Part shown: positions 28,357-38,066 of the stretch, piece after piece | Layout: each line of letters begins with the position of its first letter | Position numbering within the stretch: the stretch's first letter is position 1 | Assembly: GCA_002411005.1 (NCBI GenBank) | Contig: DHQC01000003.1 | Span: forward strand, 4,086 to 68,085 | Source of the DNA: Bacillales bacterium UBA5348 | GTDB lineage: Bacteria; Bacillota_I; Bacilli_A; RF39; UBA660 | DNA: 64,000 nt | Direction: 5' to 3' | Position numbers and translations under genes: made by a program | The notes under the pieces: generated by a model | The model's database searches: none | Seen by the model: only the letters and a program-made list of their open reading frames with translations | Told to the model about the DNA's origin: nothing

Positions 28357-29598
28357 TCACCTCTTTATAATATAGCGTACGCCCTTTAAAACTTTCTTAG
28401 CAATTGGCATTACAACACCAAACAATTTATAAATACCCTTATTTATAGGTAAATCATATTCACCTACAAACTCTAAAATAACAGGATTAAACTTTGATTT
28501 AAATACAAACAATTTATCATCAAGGGCTCCCCCTACTCCCCCTAGATTACAATAATGAATCTTATTATCTAAACACTTCTTAAAAATATCAAACAATAAA
28601 CCAACGTTAGTATTTAAATGAGGCAAAATCTCAACATTATTACCAGCATAAAGATATTCCATCATTCTTATACCTTCATTATTAGAAGGACTTATTATTA
28701 AAGCAACTGATGTTATAACATCATTTCCATATTCTTTTTTTATACCTTTAGCTTGGTCTAATTGACGCTTTGTATCCTCAACATTATTTTTACCAACTTC
28801 TAGTTCACTCTCTAAAAAAGAAATATATTTAACTAAATCAACATGAGCAAAACACAACTGAGCATTATCCTTATAAGCTTCAATTATTCTTTTGAAATAA
28901 TCTTCACTTCTTAGAGTAATATGTTGTCTTTTCTCTGTCATATTAATAATATCATAAAACGCCTCAATATTCTTGACATCAGATGAATATGTAAAGTAAA
29001 CTCCCCTCTTTTGATGATAATTACCAATATAATTTCTGGTTGTTCTACTTATTTTACTTCTTAGTGTATTTTCATCAAGAAAGTTATTATCTTTATCAAT
29101 CATTGGAACAGCTAGATTAAAACGGGGTTGTAAATATGCTGCCAGATTTTTCTTAAAGCCTTTATGTATATAACCATTATTTAGTAAGACCTTGTGTTTT
29201 TTATCATAATCTTCACTAAAATTAAGAGGTATTTCTATATTTTCCTTAATACTACGTTCTGTAACACAAAATAATGGATCTATTTTTAGACAATAAGCAT
29301 GTCTTTCTTTAGCATAATCTTTTAAATAACCAGTGAATGTTTTTACTAATGAAGAATCAGTATAATCAATTGTATAACCTCTAGGAATATAAATAAGATT
29401 AACATTTAAAGCTAAATTTCTAATTAAAAGAAGAGCTGTCGCTACTAAGACTTCGTCTTTATATAAACCAACTAAGACATTATCCCAGTTGTTTTTTACC
29501 TGTACCCAGCCTCTCTCTTGCATAATACTAATCATGCTGTGTTTAGCAATAAAATCATCATATTCTTTTTGATCAAGATTAACTTTAAACTTATACAT
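28357..29598 (-). CDS. FemAB-family peptidoglycan interpeptide-bridge aminoacyltransferase (paralogue 1)
   Basis: 413 aa, FemABX/Lif family. It has the acyltransferase fold with an inserted coiled-coil helical arm. One of three tandem paralogues. Confidence 0.8.
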   Translation of the reverse strand: MYKFKVNLDQKEYDDFIAKHSMISIMQERGWVQVKNNWDNVLVGLYKDEVLVATALLLIRNLALNVNLIYIPRGYTIDYTDSSLVKTFTGYLKDYAKERHAYCLKIDPLFCVTERSIKENIEIPLNFSEDYDKKHKVLLNNGYIHKGFKKNLAAYLQPRFNLAVPMIDKDNNFLDENTLRSKISRTTRNYIGNYHQKRGVYFTYSSDVKNIEAFYDIINMTEKRQHITLRSEDYFKRIIEAYKDNAQLCFAHVDLVKYISFLESELEVGKNNVEDTKRQLDQAKGIKKEYGNDVITSVALIISPSNNEGIRMMEYLYAGNNVEILPHLNTNVGLLFDIFKKCLDNKIHYCNLGGVGGALDDKLFVFKSKFNPVILEFVGEYDLPINKGIYKLFGVVMPIAKKVLKGVRYIIKR

Positions 29599-29608
29599 AT
29601 TATACCTC

Positions 29609-30871
29609 CTAGAAACGACTATTTAAGCGTTTCAATAAACGATGTTTTTTCTCTAAAAAATTATATATTTTTGAATTATTAACTAAATAATAATCGCCAA
29701 AATAATCAACTAATTCACCATTCAACTGTTTCTTAAATTTATAAACACTATACATTGGATCATCTTCTATTTTCTCAGTTGTATGACTCAAACTACCACC
29801 TAGATTAAAAATTGAAACACGTTTCTTTAAACTATCTTTAATCATTTGCCAAACTAATAATGAGGTTGATTGAGTAAACTTTAATTGTTTAGAATTAGCT
29901 CCTAATAAATAATAGCTTTTTGACCCCATTGATATAAAGTAAGCAGCTCCTATATATATAGTTTGATCCTTATATTTTTCAATAGTATCAAGACGTTTCT
30001 CATATGATTTTATATTCTCATTTAATTCCTTAACTCTTTTTTCAATATGTTTACTACCACTATTCTCTAATTCTTCTATTTTAGAATTAGCATCTGTTAT
30101 AAGTTCCTTAATATTTTTATAATCAATATCATAATTATATTTAGCTAAATAGATGGTTGAATGTTTATATAAATTATTAAACATCTTCTGGTAAAAACTC
30201 TTTTTCTTAATACCAAAACCCTTACGATCACTAGTCTCAATAAACAAATCATAGAATATATCAAAAATATTGCTATCCTTTATATATTCTTCCCCTTTGT
30301 ATTTTTCAACAGTAACTCCTCTTGTTTGACATAAGTTAATATCATATTGCAAACTCTTATCAAAATTATTAAATGTCTTATCCTCTATATTTTTATTATC
30401 ATAATCAAAGACCATTTGATAATTATTATTTATTTGCATATACTGGTGAGCCTTTTTATCTTCATAAATATAACCAGATGATAGCATTTGCTTATGTATT
30501 ATTTGTCCCTCTTCCGATAACTCAAAATTAATCATTTTTATTATTTCAGGATCAAACAAAGCATATGCTATAGAATTTTGTTTCATATATTTTTTAAAAT
30601 AAGTAGTGAATTCTTTTATTAATTTTGTATTTTTAAAATCACAAACAAAACCATTTGGAGCATAACAAACTGAAATCAAAGTGAAAGGTATATAAAAGCG
30701 CAATAAAGAACAGCTAAAAACGATATTATTTTGATCATCATACCCATTTATACAAGTGTTATGGAAAAACTTCTTTAGTTTTGCCCAGCCTGAGGTTTGA
30801 CGGAAAATACCATTTGGAATTGAAAACTTATCATTTTCTATTGGTTTTACCTCTCTAAATTTATACTTCAT
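29609..30871 (-). CDS. FemAB-family peptidoglycan interpeptide-bridge aminoacyltransferase (paralogue 2)
   Basis: 420 aa. Same family and same coiled-coil insertion (KELITDANSKIEELENSG...). Confidence 0.8.
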   Translation of the reverse strand: MKYKFREVKPIENDKFSIPNGIFRQTSGWAKLKKFFHNTCINGYDDQNNIVFSCSLLRFYIPFTLISVCYAPNGFVCDFKNTKLIKEFTTYFKKYMKQNSIAYALFDPEIIKMINFELSEEGQIIHKQMLSSGYIYEDKKAHQYMQINNNYQMVFDYDNKNIEDKTFNNFDKSLQYDINLCQTRGVTVEKYKGEEYIKDSNIFDIFYDLFIETSDRKGFGIKKKSFYQKMFNNLYKHSTIYLAKYNYDIDYKNIKELITDANSKIEELENSGSKHIEKRVKELNENIKSYEKRLDTIEKYKDQTIYIGAAYFISMGSKSYYLLGANSKQLKFTQSTSLLVWQMIKDSLKKRVSIFNLGGSLSHTTEKIEDDPMYSVYKFKKQLNGELVDYFGDYYLVNNSKIYNFLEKKHRLLKRLNSRF

Positions 30872-32157
30872 TATTTAGTCCCCTTTAGCTTTTTTGCAAT
30901 GTTTCTTAATAATGGTAACATCTTAGTAAAAAGAAAATACATAAGTTTGCTGTTTATAATTGCAAATTCGCCAATATATTTTATTTCATCAGCATTAAAG
31001 CTTTTTTTAAATAAATATAATCCATAATCTTTATCTCGCTCATTCTTATATTGTAAATGAATTCGAGATAAATCATGTCCTATACATTTATGATTAATAC
31101 TATCTTCAATTCTTTTATAATTTAAATAGTGGCTTGATCTCGTTGAATTACGAAGAATGTTTTTACTACCACCATATAAACATATAGAATTGTTTCCAAA
31201 GATAATAGTAATCCCACCTGCTAAATATAACTTTTTATTAGTAGAATAATCAATCTTATTATTTTCAAGTTCTAAGACTCTCTTATTATACCCTTCTATT
31301 TTAGAAGTTAATTCATTAATTTCTTTAGTATGTCTCTTATCATTTTTATCAAGCTTTGATAATTTTTCCTGATACTCATCTGTTTTCCTTTTGTCTTCAT
31401 CTGCATCATAATAAACCATATTTAGTTTGGCGTATGGTTCGAAATTTTTAAGCATGTTGATAAAATAATTGTAACTTCTTGTACTCGCTTCTAAGCGAGT
31501 CATCGTTTCATTCATTACATTCATAAACTCTTCCATCAGAATAGGATTTTCTTTTACATCACTGTAAACAAATGTTTCGTATTTCAATCCTCTTTCTGGA
31601 GATGTTCTAATACTGTATTTCAAACCTTTCTCAAAGTTTTTTACTATCTCATCTAAAGACTTAGTCTTACCTTGTTCATCTGCTAAATCAATAATATAGG
31701 TCGTATCTGGTTGGATATATGGTCTACGATTTAGAGTTCTTTTTAATGAGGCTGCTTCAAAAGTTTTCAAAACAGAAACTCCTACATTATCAAGCTCATC
31801 GTTTTTAGCTAAAACAACCGTCGGGTCAATAAAGCAAAGTCCAATATGCTCTTTTTTAGTTAGTTGTTTTATATAAATTAGAGCTTCTTCTACTAATTTA
31901 GCATTACTATAATCGCAGACAAAGCCAAGGGGGATATAACCCATTTTCATTATTTTCGCAACGGGTCTCACAAGTAGAAGACAACTCAAAACACTGTTTT
32001 TGTTTTTATCCTCAGCCATGATATAAATACCATTCCAAGCCGTCTTTTGTTCATCACCTTTACTTGTTTGAAAAACAGATCCGTTATTATCTAACACAAA
32101 TTTATCAAATTTAGCTAAATCTTTTTCAATATAAAATTTATACATATTATCACTCAC
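30871..32157 (-). CDS. FemAB-family peptidoglycan interpeptide-bridge aminoacyltransferase (paralogue 3)
   Basis: 428 aa. Same family. Its stop and start overlap paralogue 2 (ATGA coupling). Confidence 0.8.
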   Translation of the reverse strand: MSDNMYKFYIEKDLAKFDKFVLDNNGSVFQTSKGDEQKTAWNGIYIMAEDKNKNSVLSCLLLVRPVAKIMKMGYIPLGFVCDYSNAKLVEEALIYIKQLTKKEHIGLCFIDPTVVLAKNDELDNVGVSVLKTFEAASLKRTLNRRPYIQPDTTYIIDLADEQGKTKSLDEIVKNFEKGLKYSIRTSPERGLKYETFVYSDVKENPILMEEFMNVMNETMTRLEASTRSYNYFINMLKNFEPYAKLNMVYYDADEDKRKTDEYQEKLSKLDKNDKRHTKEINELTSKIEGYNKRVLELENNKIDYSTNKKLYLAGGITIIFGNNSICLYGGSKNILRNSTRSSHYLNYKRIEDSINHKCIGHDLSRIHLQYKNERDKDYGLYLFKKSFNADEIKYIGEFAIINSKLMYFLFTKMLPLLRNIAKKLKGTK

Positions 32158-32243
32158 TTATTATTAGTTTATATTATTATAGCATTAAGTACTTGATATA
32201 TAAAGAGAATAAGTTCTTCTTTACAAGAAAAAATCCATTATTG

Positions 32244-33725
32244 TTATCTATATAACAATGATGGATTTGCTGATTTACTTCCAGCTGAATATGGCATGCC
32301 GCCTATAAATAAAGCATAGTGTAAATGGGTCCCTGTTGTTCCTACAGTATAACCTGAGTTACCCATAGCAGCGACTATCTTTCCGCCTTGAACACTTTGA
32401 CCTGGCTTAACATAAATCTTAGATAAGTGACAATACAATGTGTAATAGTTATTAGCATGTTGTAACACTATATTATTACCACATGTTTTATCATAAGCAG
32501 TTTTCGCAACAACACCATCACTAGCAGCATATATTGGTGATCCATAACCAGTACCACTAATATCTATCGCTTCATGGAATTTACCCCAACGGTAACCATA
32601 ACGACTTGTTATGACATATGGTGTGTTTGTAGGCCAATACCAATTACCATCAGAACTTACAGTAACTGTTCCACCGCTTATACTCTTTGTACCTTTGACA
32701 ATAATCTTCTTAACAGGATCTTTTAAAACGTAAGAGGAACCACGGTCAATTTGAACATTTGTAATAGCACCGTTAGTTGTTTGACGTTTTAAAATAACAC
32801 GTTCAACTCCGTCTACACCTTCTTGAGTAACTTTCGTTGTACCATAAACCATGGTTGGATCATAAGTTGTTTCGGTCTCAAATTTAATCGATTGATCCTC
32901 AACCACGTGTTCTTCAACAACAATGTCAAAGATTGGCGAAATCAAACCAACGGATACTTCTTGACCTGGATATAAAAGACTATTTGAATTTTTAAATTCA
33001 GGATTAACCACTAAGAACTCTTCAGCACCTAATTTATGGTTAAAAGAAATTTGCTCAATAGTGTCACCAGCTTGAACAATATATTTATCTTGATTTTCAA
33101 CTGTTCCAAATAAGAGATATTTATCCAATAAATTACCATCAGTAAAAATAAATTCGTCAGTTGAAATAAAATCTTGTTTAATTGTTATTTCTTCACTTAT
33201 ATATAAATCTTCTATAATTTTACCAGTACTAGTAATTTCTTTTTGATTGGATTCTTTAAAATCCTCATATTCTTCTTTAGAAACAAAAGCCTGGATTGAC
33301 TTTGTTACAGCATTAGTAAATAAATCTTTATCAATAACATTAATTACTTTTTCTTCATCACCTTTAAGCTTAATGACATATCCTTTCACTGTAAAAGGAC
33401 TCTCTTCTTTTATAAGATTATATACTTCTTCCTCAGTTAAAACTTTATCTTTATAACTAATATATTTTTGAATATTTAAATTCTTGGGGGGATAAACATA
33501 ATCAACTTTGTATTTATTTTTAATCTCATCCTGTTTTTTATTAATATAATCTACTAATTTTTCCTTAGATTCTATAACACCTATTTTTTCACCTGCTAAA
33601 TAGACTTGATATAGTTCTTTTGGCATCGCTGAAACAGTTGTTCTTTCTTGATCAAAAAAGACAATGACAACAGTACTTAGTGCCAGTGTTATAAGAAACG
33701 TAAACAGCAACGTTATTTTTTGCAT
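32244..33725 (-). CDS. Secreted M23 metallopeptidase (C-terminal catalytic domain)
   Basis: 493 aa. Signal/TM anchor, a long N-terminal region, then the C-terminal M23 motifs HEAIDIS and GYTVGTTGTHLHYALF. Confidence 0.8.
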   Translation of the reverse strand: MQKITLLFTFLITLALSTVVIVFFDQERTTVSAMPKELYQVYLAGEKIGVIESKEKLVDYINKKQDEIKNKYKVDYVYPPKNLNIQKYISYKDKVLTEEEVYNLIKEESPFTVKGYVIKLKGDEEKVINVIDKDLFTNAVTKSIQAFVSKEEYEDFKESNQKEITSTGKIIEDLYISEEITIKQDFISTDEFIFTDGNLLDKYLLFGTVENQDKYIVQAGDTIEQISFNHKLGAEEFLVVNPEFKNSNSLLYPGQEVSVGLISPIFDIVVEEHVVEDQSIKFETETTYDPTMVYGTTKVTQEGVDGVERVILKRQTTNGAITNVQIDRGSSYVLKDPVKKIIVKGTKSISGGTVTVSSDGNWYWPTNTPYVITSRYGYRWGKFHEAIDISGTGYGSPIYAASDGVVAKTAYDKTCGNNIVLQHANNYYTLYCHLSKIYVKPGQSVQGGKIVAAMGNSGYTVGTTGTHLHYALFIGGMPYSAGSKSANPSLLYR

Positions 33726-33770
33726 TTATATCACCACTTTATTAATCATACTTAATATCAGTCAATTATA

Positions 33771-36722
33771 TCATAAATCGGACAAGATTTCCACTTTGAG
33801 GACTGACAATTGATACCTTGACATTCTCTTTTCAACTCGAGCTTTAACCTTTAAAATATTACCAACTTCTATCTTTGAATATTCTTTATATGTCTTAGAA
33901 AACATTACTAATTCAGCATTAGAAGATTCATCTTCTCCTGTAAGAAAGGCCATTTCTTCATTATTTCTAGTTCTAATAACTTTTATTTTATTTATATAAA
34001 CAATAACCTCAATTACGGAATCAAAATAGTCTTTAATATTATTAAGCTTTACTATTTTTTCATTTGCAGCTTTATATTCTAACACAGGATGATTACTAAG
34101 ATAAAAGCCAAATATTGCCACTTCTCTTCTACTTAATTCCTCTTTATTCATTTCATCTACTACTGCAATCAATGGCTTTTCAACTAATGATGGATCAATA
34201 CCAGATACTAATTCAGCATAAGTAAAAGCATTATCAATATTATAAAGTAAGGTTTGATGATTATAACCAAATTCATCAAAAGCACCTGCATCAATTAATG
34301 ATTCTATTGTCCTTTTTGTTACAGCTCTACCATATGTACGACCAACAAAATCAAAAAAATCCTTAAACACGCCATTTTCACGTTCTTTAATTATTTCTTT
34401 ACAAGTAATACCACCTACATTATGAATCACTGCTAAAGAGAATCTGATACCAGAATCTTCTACTTTATATTTATATTCACTACTGTTTATAGAAGGATTT
34501 AATACTTTGATTGACATCATTCTGCATTCATCAATATACTCTTTCGTTTTATATTCATTACCAATTACATTTGTTAGTAAATTACTCATAAAGTATTTAG
34601 CATAGTGAACTTTTAAATAAGCCATTTTATAGCCTATTAATGAATAAGCAACTGAATGTGCTCTGTTAAAACCATAATCAGCAAACTTTAAAATTAAATG
34701 ATAAACTTTAGAAGCTGTAGTTTCATCATAACATTTCGCTACACTTCGTTTAATAAATTTAGTCTCTTCGCCCTCTAACAATTCTTTCTTCTTTTTACTC
34801 ATAGCACGTCTTAAAATATCAGCTTCACCATATGAGTATCCAGCCATAACGTGGGCAATCTGCATTATTTGTTCTTGATATATAATGATACCATAAGTAG
34901 ATTTTAAGATTTTATATAAACTCTTATCTAAATAATCAATCGCTTCGCGCCCTTCTTTACGTCTAATATAACTATCTATATTTGCCATCGGGCCAGGTCT
35001 AAATAACGCTATAGCAGCAACAATATCCTCAAAAGAAGAAGGCTTTAATTTACGCAAAAAATTCTTCATCCCAGAAGATTCAAATTGGAAGATACCTTCA
35101 GTTAAAGCTTTAGAAAACAACTCATAAGTTGCTTTATCATCTAGTGGAATATCTTTAAAAGCAATAGGATTCTTATCTTGTTTCAAAATATCTTTTTCAA
35201 CACCTTCGATTAAGGTTAAATTCTTTAAACCTAGAAAATCCATCTTCAAAAGTCCTAAATCCTCTAAGTGTTCCATTGAAAAACCCGTTAGATAATAATC
35301 ATCATACTTTTGAAGAGGAATATAAGAATCAAGATCAAGCTCTGATACTACAACCCCTGCAGCATGAACAGAAATTTGTCTTTTAGCACCCTCAATATAT
35401 GAGGCTATCTTATAAATATTGTTTAAATCTTTATCCATTATAAGAAGACGTTCTAAATTCTCATTATTCTTATAATTAGTATTAAGAGAATATTTAATAT
35501 CAATCATTCTTGAAACAGTATCTATTTTATTAGATGTATAATCAAAAATACGTGCTACATCCCTTAAAGCTTGTTTGCCACTAAGCGTTACAAAAGTAAT
35601 AATTGGCGTAGCTCTTTTTTTACCATATTTATTAATAACATAGTTTACAACTTCACCCCTTCTAGTTGATTCAAAATCAATATCAATATCAGGCATAGAA
35701 ACACGTTCAGGATTTAAAAAACGTTCAAATAGTAAATTATATTGTAAAGGATCAACATCAGTTATACCAAGACAATATGAAACCAAGCTCCCAGCAGCAC
35801 TACCTCTACCAGGACCCACTAAAATTTTATGAGTTTTAGCATACTTTATAAAATCAAAAACGACTAAAAAGTAATTGTTAAAGCCCATCTTATCGATAAT
35901 ACTAAGTTCATATTTTAAGCGTTCAACATAAGAACGAGGTATTTTATTGTCCATTCTTTTTTCTAAACCAACTTTGCATAACGATTGCAAATATATTTTA
36001 GGATTAAATTTTTCGTCATCTTTATATTTAGGTAAAAGATGAGGATTAGATTCAAAAGTAATATGACATAAATCATTTATCTCTGTCATATATTTTAAAT
36101 CTTCTTCAAAACTATTTTCTAAAACTTCAGCCTCCGACATCAAATGATTATTATCTTCTAGAATATACTCTTCTATATCATCTATCTTTTTACCATCTCT
36201 AATTAAATATAGATATTTTAAAAACTCACTATCCTTTTCATTCAAGTATAAAACTTCATTTATAAAGATTGTCTTCTCACTTAATTTCTTTAAAAAATTA
36301 CGTTCTTCTTTCGAAGAATAGCCTACATAAAGGTATGAATAAATATCCTTTAAATTATTAAAGATAGAACTTGATGTATATGGCATAATACATATTAAAT
36401 TATCAGCATACTCTCTTAAAGTAGGAAAATCTATTTTAGAATCTTGTTTTATAGAAACAAGTCTTGTTAAATTTTGATATCCTTCATAATTCATAGCATA
36501 TAATAATATAGTATGATTATCAACTTCTATATCAAGACCAATAATAGGTTTAACATTATTTTTTAAACATTGTTTGTAAAAGTCCATGGTACTATACATT
36601 GTACTATCAGTAACAGCCATTGTTTTAATATTTAAAGTAAGCGCTTTTTTGATAAGACGATTGATATCATTTAAGCTAGATAGCAAATAATAATTGGTTT
36701 TAATATTAAATGGTATATACAT
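33771..36722 (-). CDS. dnaE: DNA polymerase III alpha subunit, DnaE-type
   Basis: 983 aa. PHP domain, polymerase core (ISVHAAGVVVS, PDIDIDF) and an OB fold. No exonuclease domain. Confidence 0.9.
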   Translation of the reverse strand: MYIPFNIKTNYYLLSSLNDINRLIKKALTLNIKTMAVTDSTMYSTMDFYKQCLKNNVKPIIGLDIEVDNHTILLYAMNYEGYQNLTRLVSIKQDSKIDFPTLREYADNLICIMPYTSSSIFNNLKDIYSYLYVGYSSKEERNFLKKLSEKTIFINEVLYLNEKDSEFLKYLYLIRDGKKIDDIEEYILEDNNHLMSEAEVLENSFEEDLKYMTEINDLCHITFESNPHLLPKYKDDEKFNPKIYLQSLCKVGLEKRMDNKIPRSYVERLKYELSIIDKMGFNNYFLVVFDFIKYAKTHKILVGPGRGSAAGSLVSYCLGITDVDPLQYNLLFERFLNPERVSMPDIDIDFESTRRGEVVNYVINKYGKKRATPIITFVTLSGKQALRDVARIFDYTSNKIDTVSRMIDIKYSLNTNYKNNENLERLLIMDKDLNNIYKIASYIEGAKRQISVHAAGVVVSELDLDSYIPLQKYDDYYLTGFSMEHLEDLGLLKMDFLGLKNLTLIEGVEKDILKQDKNPIAFKDIPLDDKATYELFSKALTEGIFQFESSGMKNFLRKLKPSSFEDIVAAIALFRPGPMANIDSYIRRKEGREAIDYLDKSLYKILKSTYGIIIYQEQIMQIAHVMAGYSYGEADILRRAMSKKKKELLEGEETKFIKRSVAKCYDETTASKVYHLILKFADYGFNRAHSVAYSLIGYKMAYLKVHYAKYFMSNLLTNVIGNEYKTKEYIDECRMMSIKVLNPSINSSEYKYKVEDSGIRFSLAVIHNVGGITCKEIIKERENGVFKDFFDFVGRTYGRAVTKRTIESLIDAGAFDEFGYNHQTLLYNIDNAFTYAELVSGIDPSLVEKPLIAVVDEMNKEELSRREVAIFGFYLSNHPVLEYKAANEKIVKLNNIKDYFDSVIEVIVYINKIKVIRTRNNEEMAFLTGEDESSNAELVMFSKTYKEYSKIEVGNILKVKARVEKRMSRYQLSVLKVEILSDL

Positions 36723-36827
36723 CTTATCACCTCATATTCATTTTACTATATTTTGATAATTTTTACTATTTAAATTGACTTATAACCATCAATGTGGTAC
36801 ATTTATAGGGCAAGAGGAGGAAATATA

Positions 36828-36992
36828 ATGGCTATAAAAGTAACTGAGAAGAAACCATTATTTGGTAATCTAAAATCTCATTCTAATAGAAAAACAAAAC
36901 ATGCACAAAAACTTAATATGCAAAAAGTTGAAATTGACGGAAAAAAAGTTCTTACTACCGCAAGGGAAGCTAAAAAAATAAAGAAATCTTAA
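36828..36992 (+). CDS. rpmB: 50S ribosomal protein L28
   Basis: MAIKVTEKKPLFGNLKSHSNRKTKHAQKLNMQKVEIDGKKV... matches bL28. An AGAGGAGG SD lies 7 nt upstream of ATG 36828. The ORF-track start at 36792 is an upstream artefact. Confidence 0.85.
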   Translation: MAIKVTEKKPLFGNLKSHSNRKTKHAQKLNMQKVEIDGKKVLTTAREAKKIKKS

Positions 36993-37014
36993 TTAAGAAA
37001 TCTTTATTTTTTTA

Positions 37015-37395
37015 TTATGGTGTTGTATAAATAATTGTTCCCACAGTCACTTCGTATTTATTCATAGATTTTACTAAGATAGATACTTGAGTATTTAAGG
37101 AAATCTCTTTATTTTCTCTCTTATCAATCAATGGAGGTTTTAAATCCCCTGTATCAACTAAATCCTGTAATGTAATAGTAACGGTATTACCAATTGTAGT
37201 ACTTCCCGGAATTAATTCTTTATGTTTTCTGACATATAATTCGGTTGTATTTTCAATGTTATCAATTAAATTTTCAAAAGAGGCTTCCCTCGTACGATTT
37301 ACATTATCAATAACCACAGGAACCGTAATAATAGATAAAACTCCTAAAATGATTATTACCGCTAATAATTCAATTATTGTAAATCCTTTTTTCAT
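37015..37395 (-). CDS. Type IV pilin/pseudopilin-like protein (ComGC/PilA-like N-terminus)
   Basis: 126 aa. MKKG|FTIIELLAVIIILGVLSIITVPVV is a class III leader plus the conserved E5 residue. Confidence 0.75.
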   Translation of the reverse strand: MKKGFTIIELLAVIIILGVLSIITVPVVIDNVNRTREASFENLIDNIENTTELYVRKHKELIPGSTTIGNTVTITLQDLVDTGDLKPPLIDKRENKEISLNTQVSILVKSMNKYEVTVGTIIYTTP

Positions 37396-37561
37396 ATTTT
37401 ACCTCTTTCTGTTCTTATGTATACCTTCTCTATTTTATATTATACTACAATTTACTAGTTTTTAAAAATTTTTCTAACATTCTAAATTTTACCAATTAAT
37501 ATATATAATCATAAGCATAAAAACATTGTTTTAGTTAATAATACAAAAGAAGGAGGTTTTT

Positions 37562-37993
37562 GTGAAAAGATTTTTAAAAGCAACATTACTTACATTTGTC
37601 TTTTCTTATCTAACATTTGGTATGCCTTTGGTTTTTGCCCAAGATCCAACTAATCCTGATGGTACTACTAATAATAATGGTACAATCATTGATGATGGCA
37701 CAGACAATGATAATAATTTAAATAACAATCTTAGTCCTGACGATAATGATTTAAACAACAATCCAACGGATGATCGTGATTTAAATAATGACAATAATGA
37801 TGATGGTATAATTAATGATAATAATAATGATGACGATGATTTAATTAATGATAATGATAATGATCCTATAGAAGCGGCTGAAGACAATGACTTTGGTGAG
37901 AATCTACTATGGGGTGTTGGCGGTGCAATTATCGGGGCAATAGTTACATATTTCTTAGTTAGAGACAAAGATGACGTTACAGTTGTTAAATAA
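37562..37993 (+). CDS. Secreted, C-terminally membrane-anchored acidic Asp/Asn-rich low-complexity protein
   Basis: Signal peptide (MKRFLKATLLTFVFSYLTFGMPLVFAQDP), ~90 aa of D/N-rich degenerate repeats (DNDNNLNNN, DDNDLNNN, NDNNNDDDDLINDNDND) and a C-terminal TM helix plus short basic tail. The DNA shows degenerate gataatgat-type repeats. Confidence 0.6.
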   Translation: MKRFLKATLLTFVFSYLTFGMPLVFAQDPTNPDGTTNNNGTIIDDGTDNDNNLNNNLSPDDNDLNNNPTDDRDLNNDNNDDGIINDNNNDDDDLINDNDNDPIEAAEDNDFGENLLWGVGGAIIGAIVTYFLVRDKDDVTVVK

Positions 37994-37999
37994 GTTGCA

Positions 38000-38028
38000 G
38001 TAGACATGATTAAAATGTCTACTTTTTT
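38000..38028 (+). terminator. Rho-independent terminator after the acidic protein gene
   Basis: The gtagacat-gattaaa-atgtctac hairpin is followed by T6. Confidence 0.65.
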
Positions 38029-38032
38029 ACAA

Positions 38033-38062
38033 AAAACAAACCAAATTGGTTTGTTTTTGTTT
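38033..38062 (-). terminator. Rho-independent terminator after pgi (also functional on the + strand)
   Basis: The acaaacc-aaat-tggtttgt hairpin is flanked by A- and T-runs. Confidence 0.6.
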
Positions 38063-38066
38063 TTAT

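Noticed and set aside
36975-37012. Possible terminator after rpmB (cttaattaag palindrome plus T-run)
   Set aside because: The stem is only 4-5 bp and the adjacent agaaatctt elements are direct repeats, not inverted ones. This is too weak to call.
37640-37900. Degenerate short repeats (gataatgat / aataatgat) that could be mistaken for a CRISPR-like or VNTR array
   Set aside because: They are in-frame codon repeats encoding the Asp/Asn tract of the acidic protein. There are no constant-length repeat-spacer units and no cas genes.
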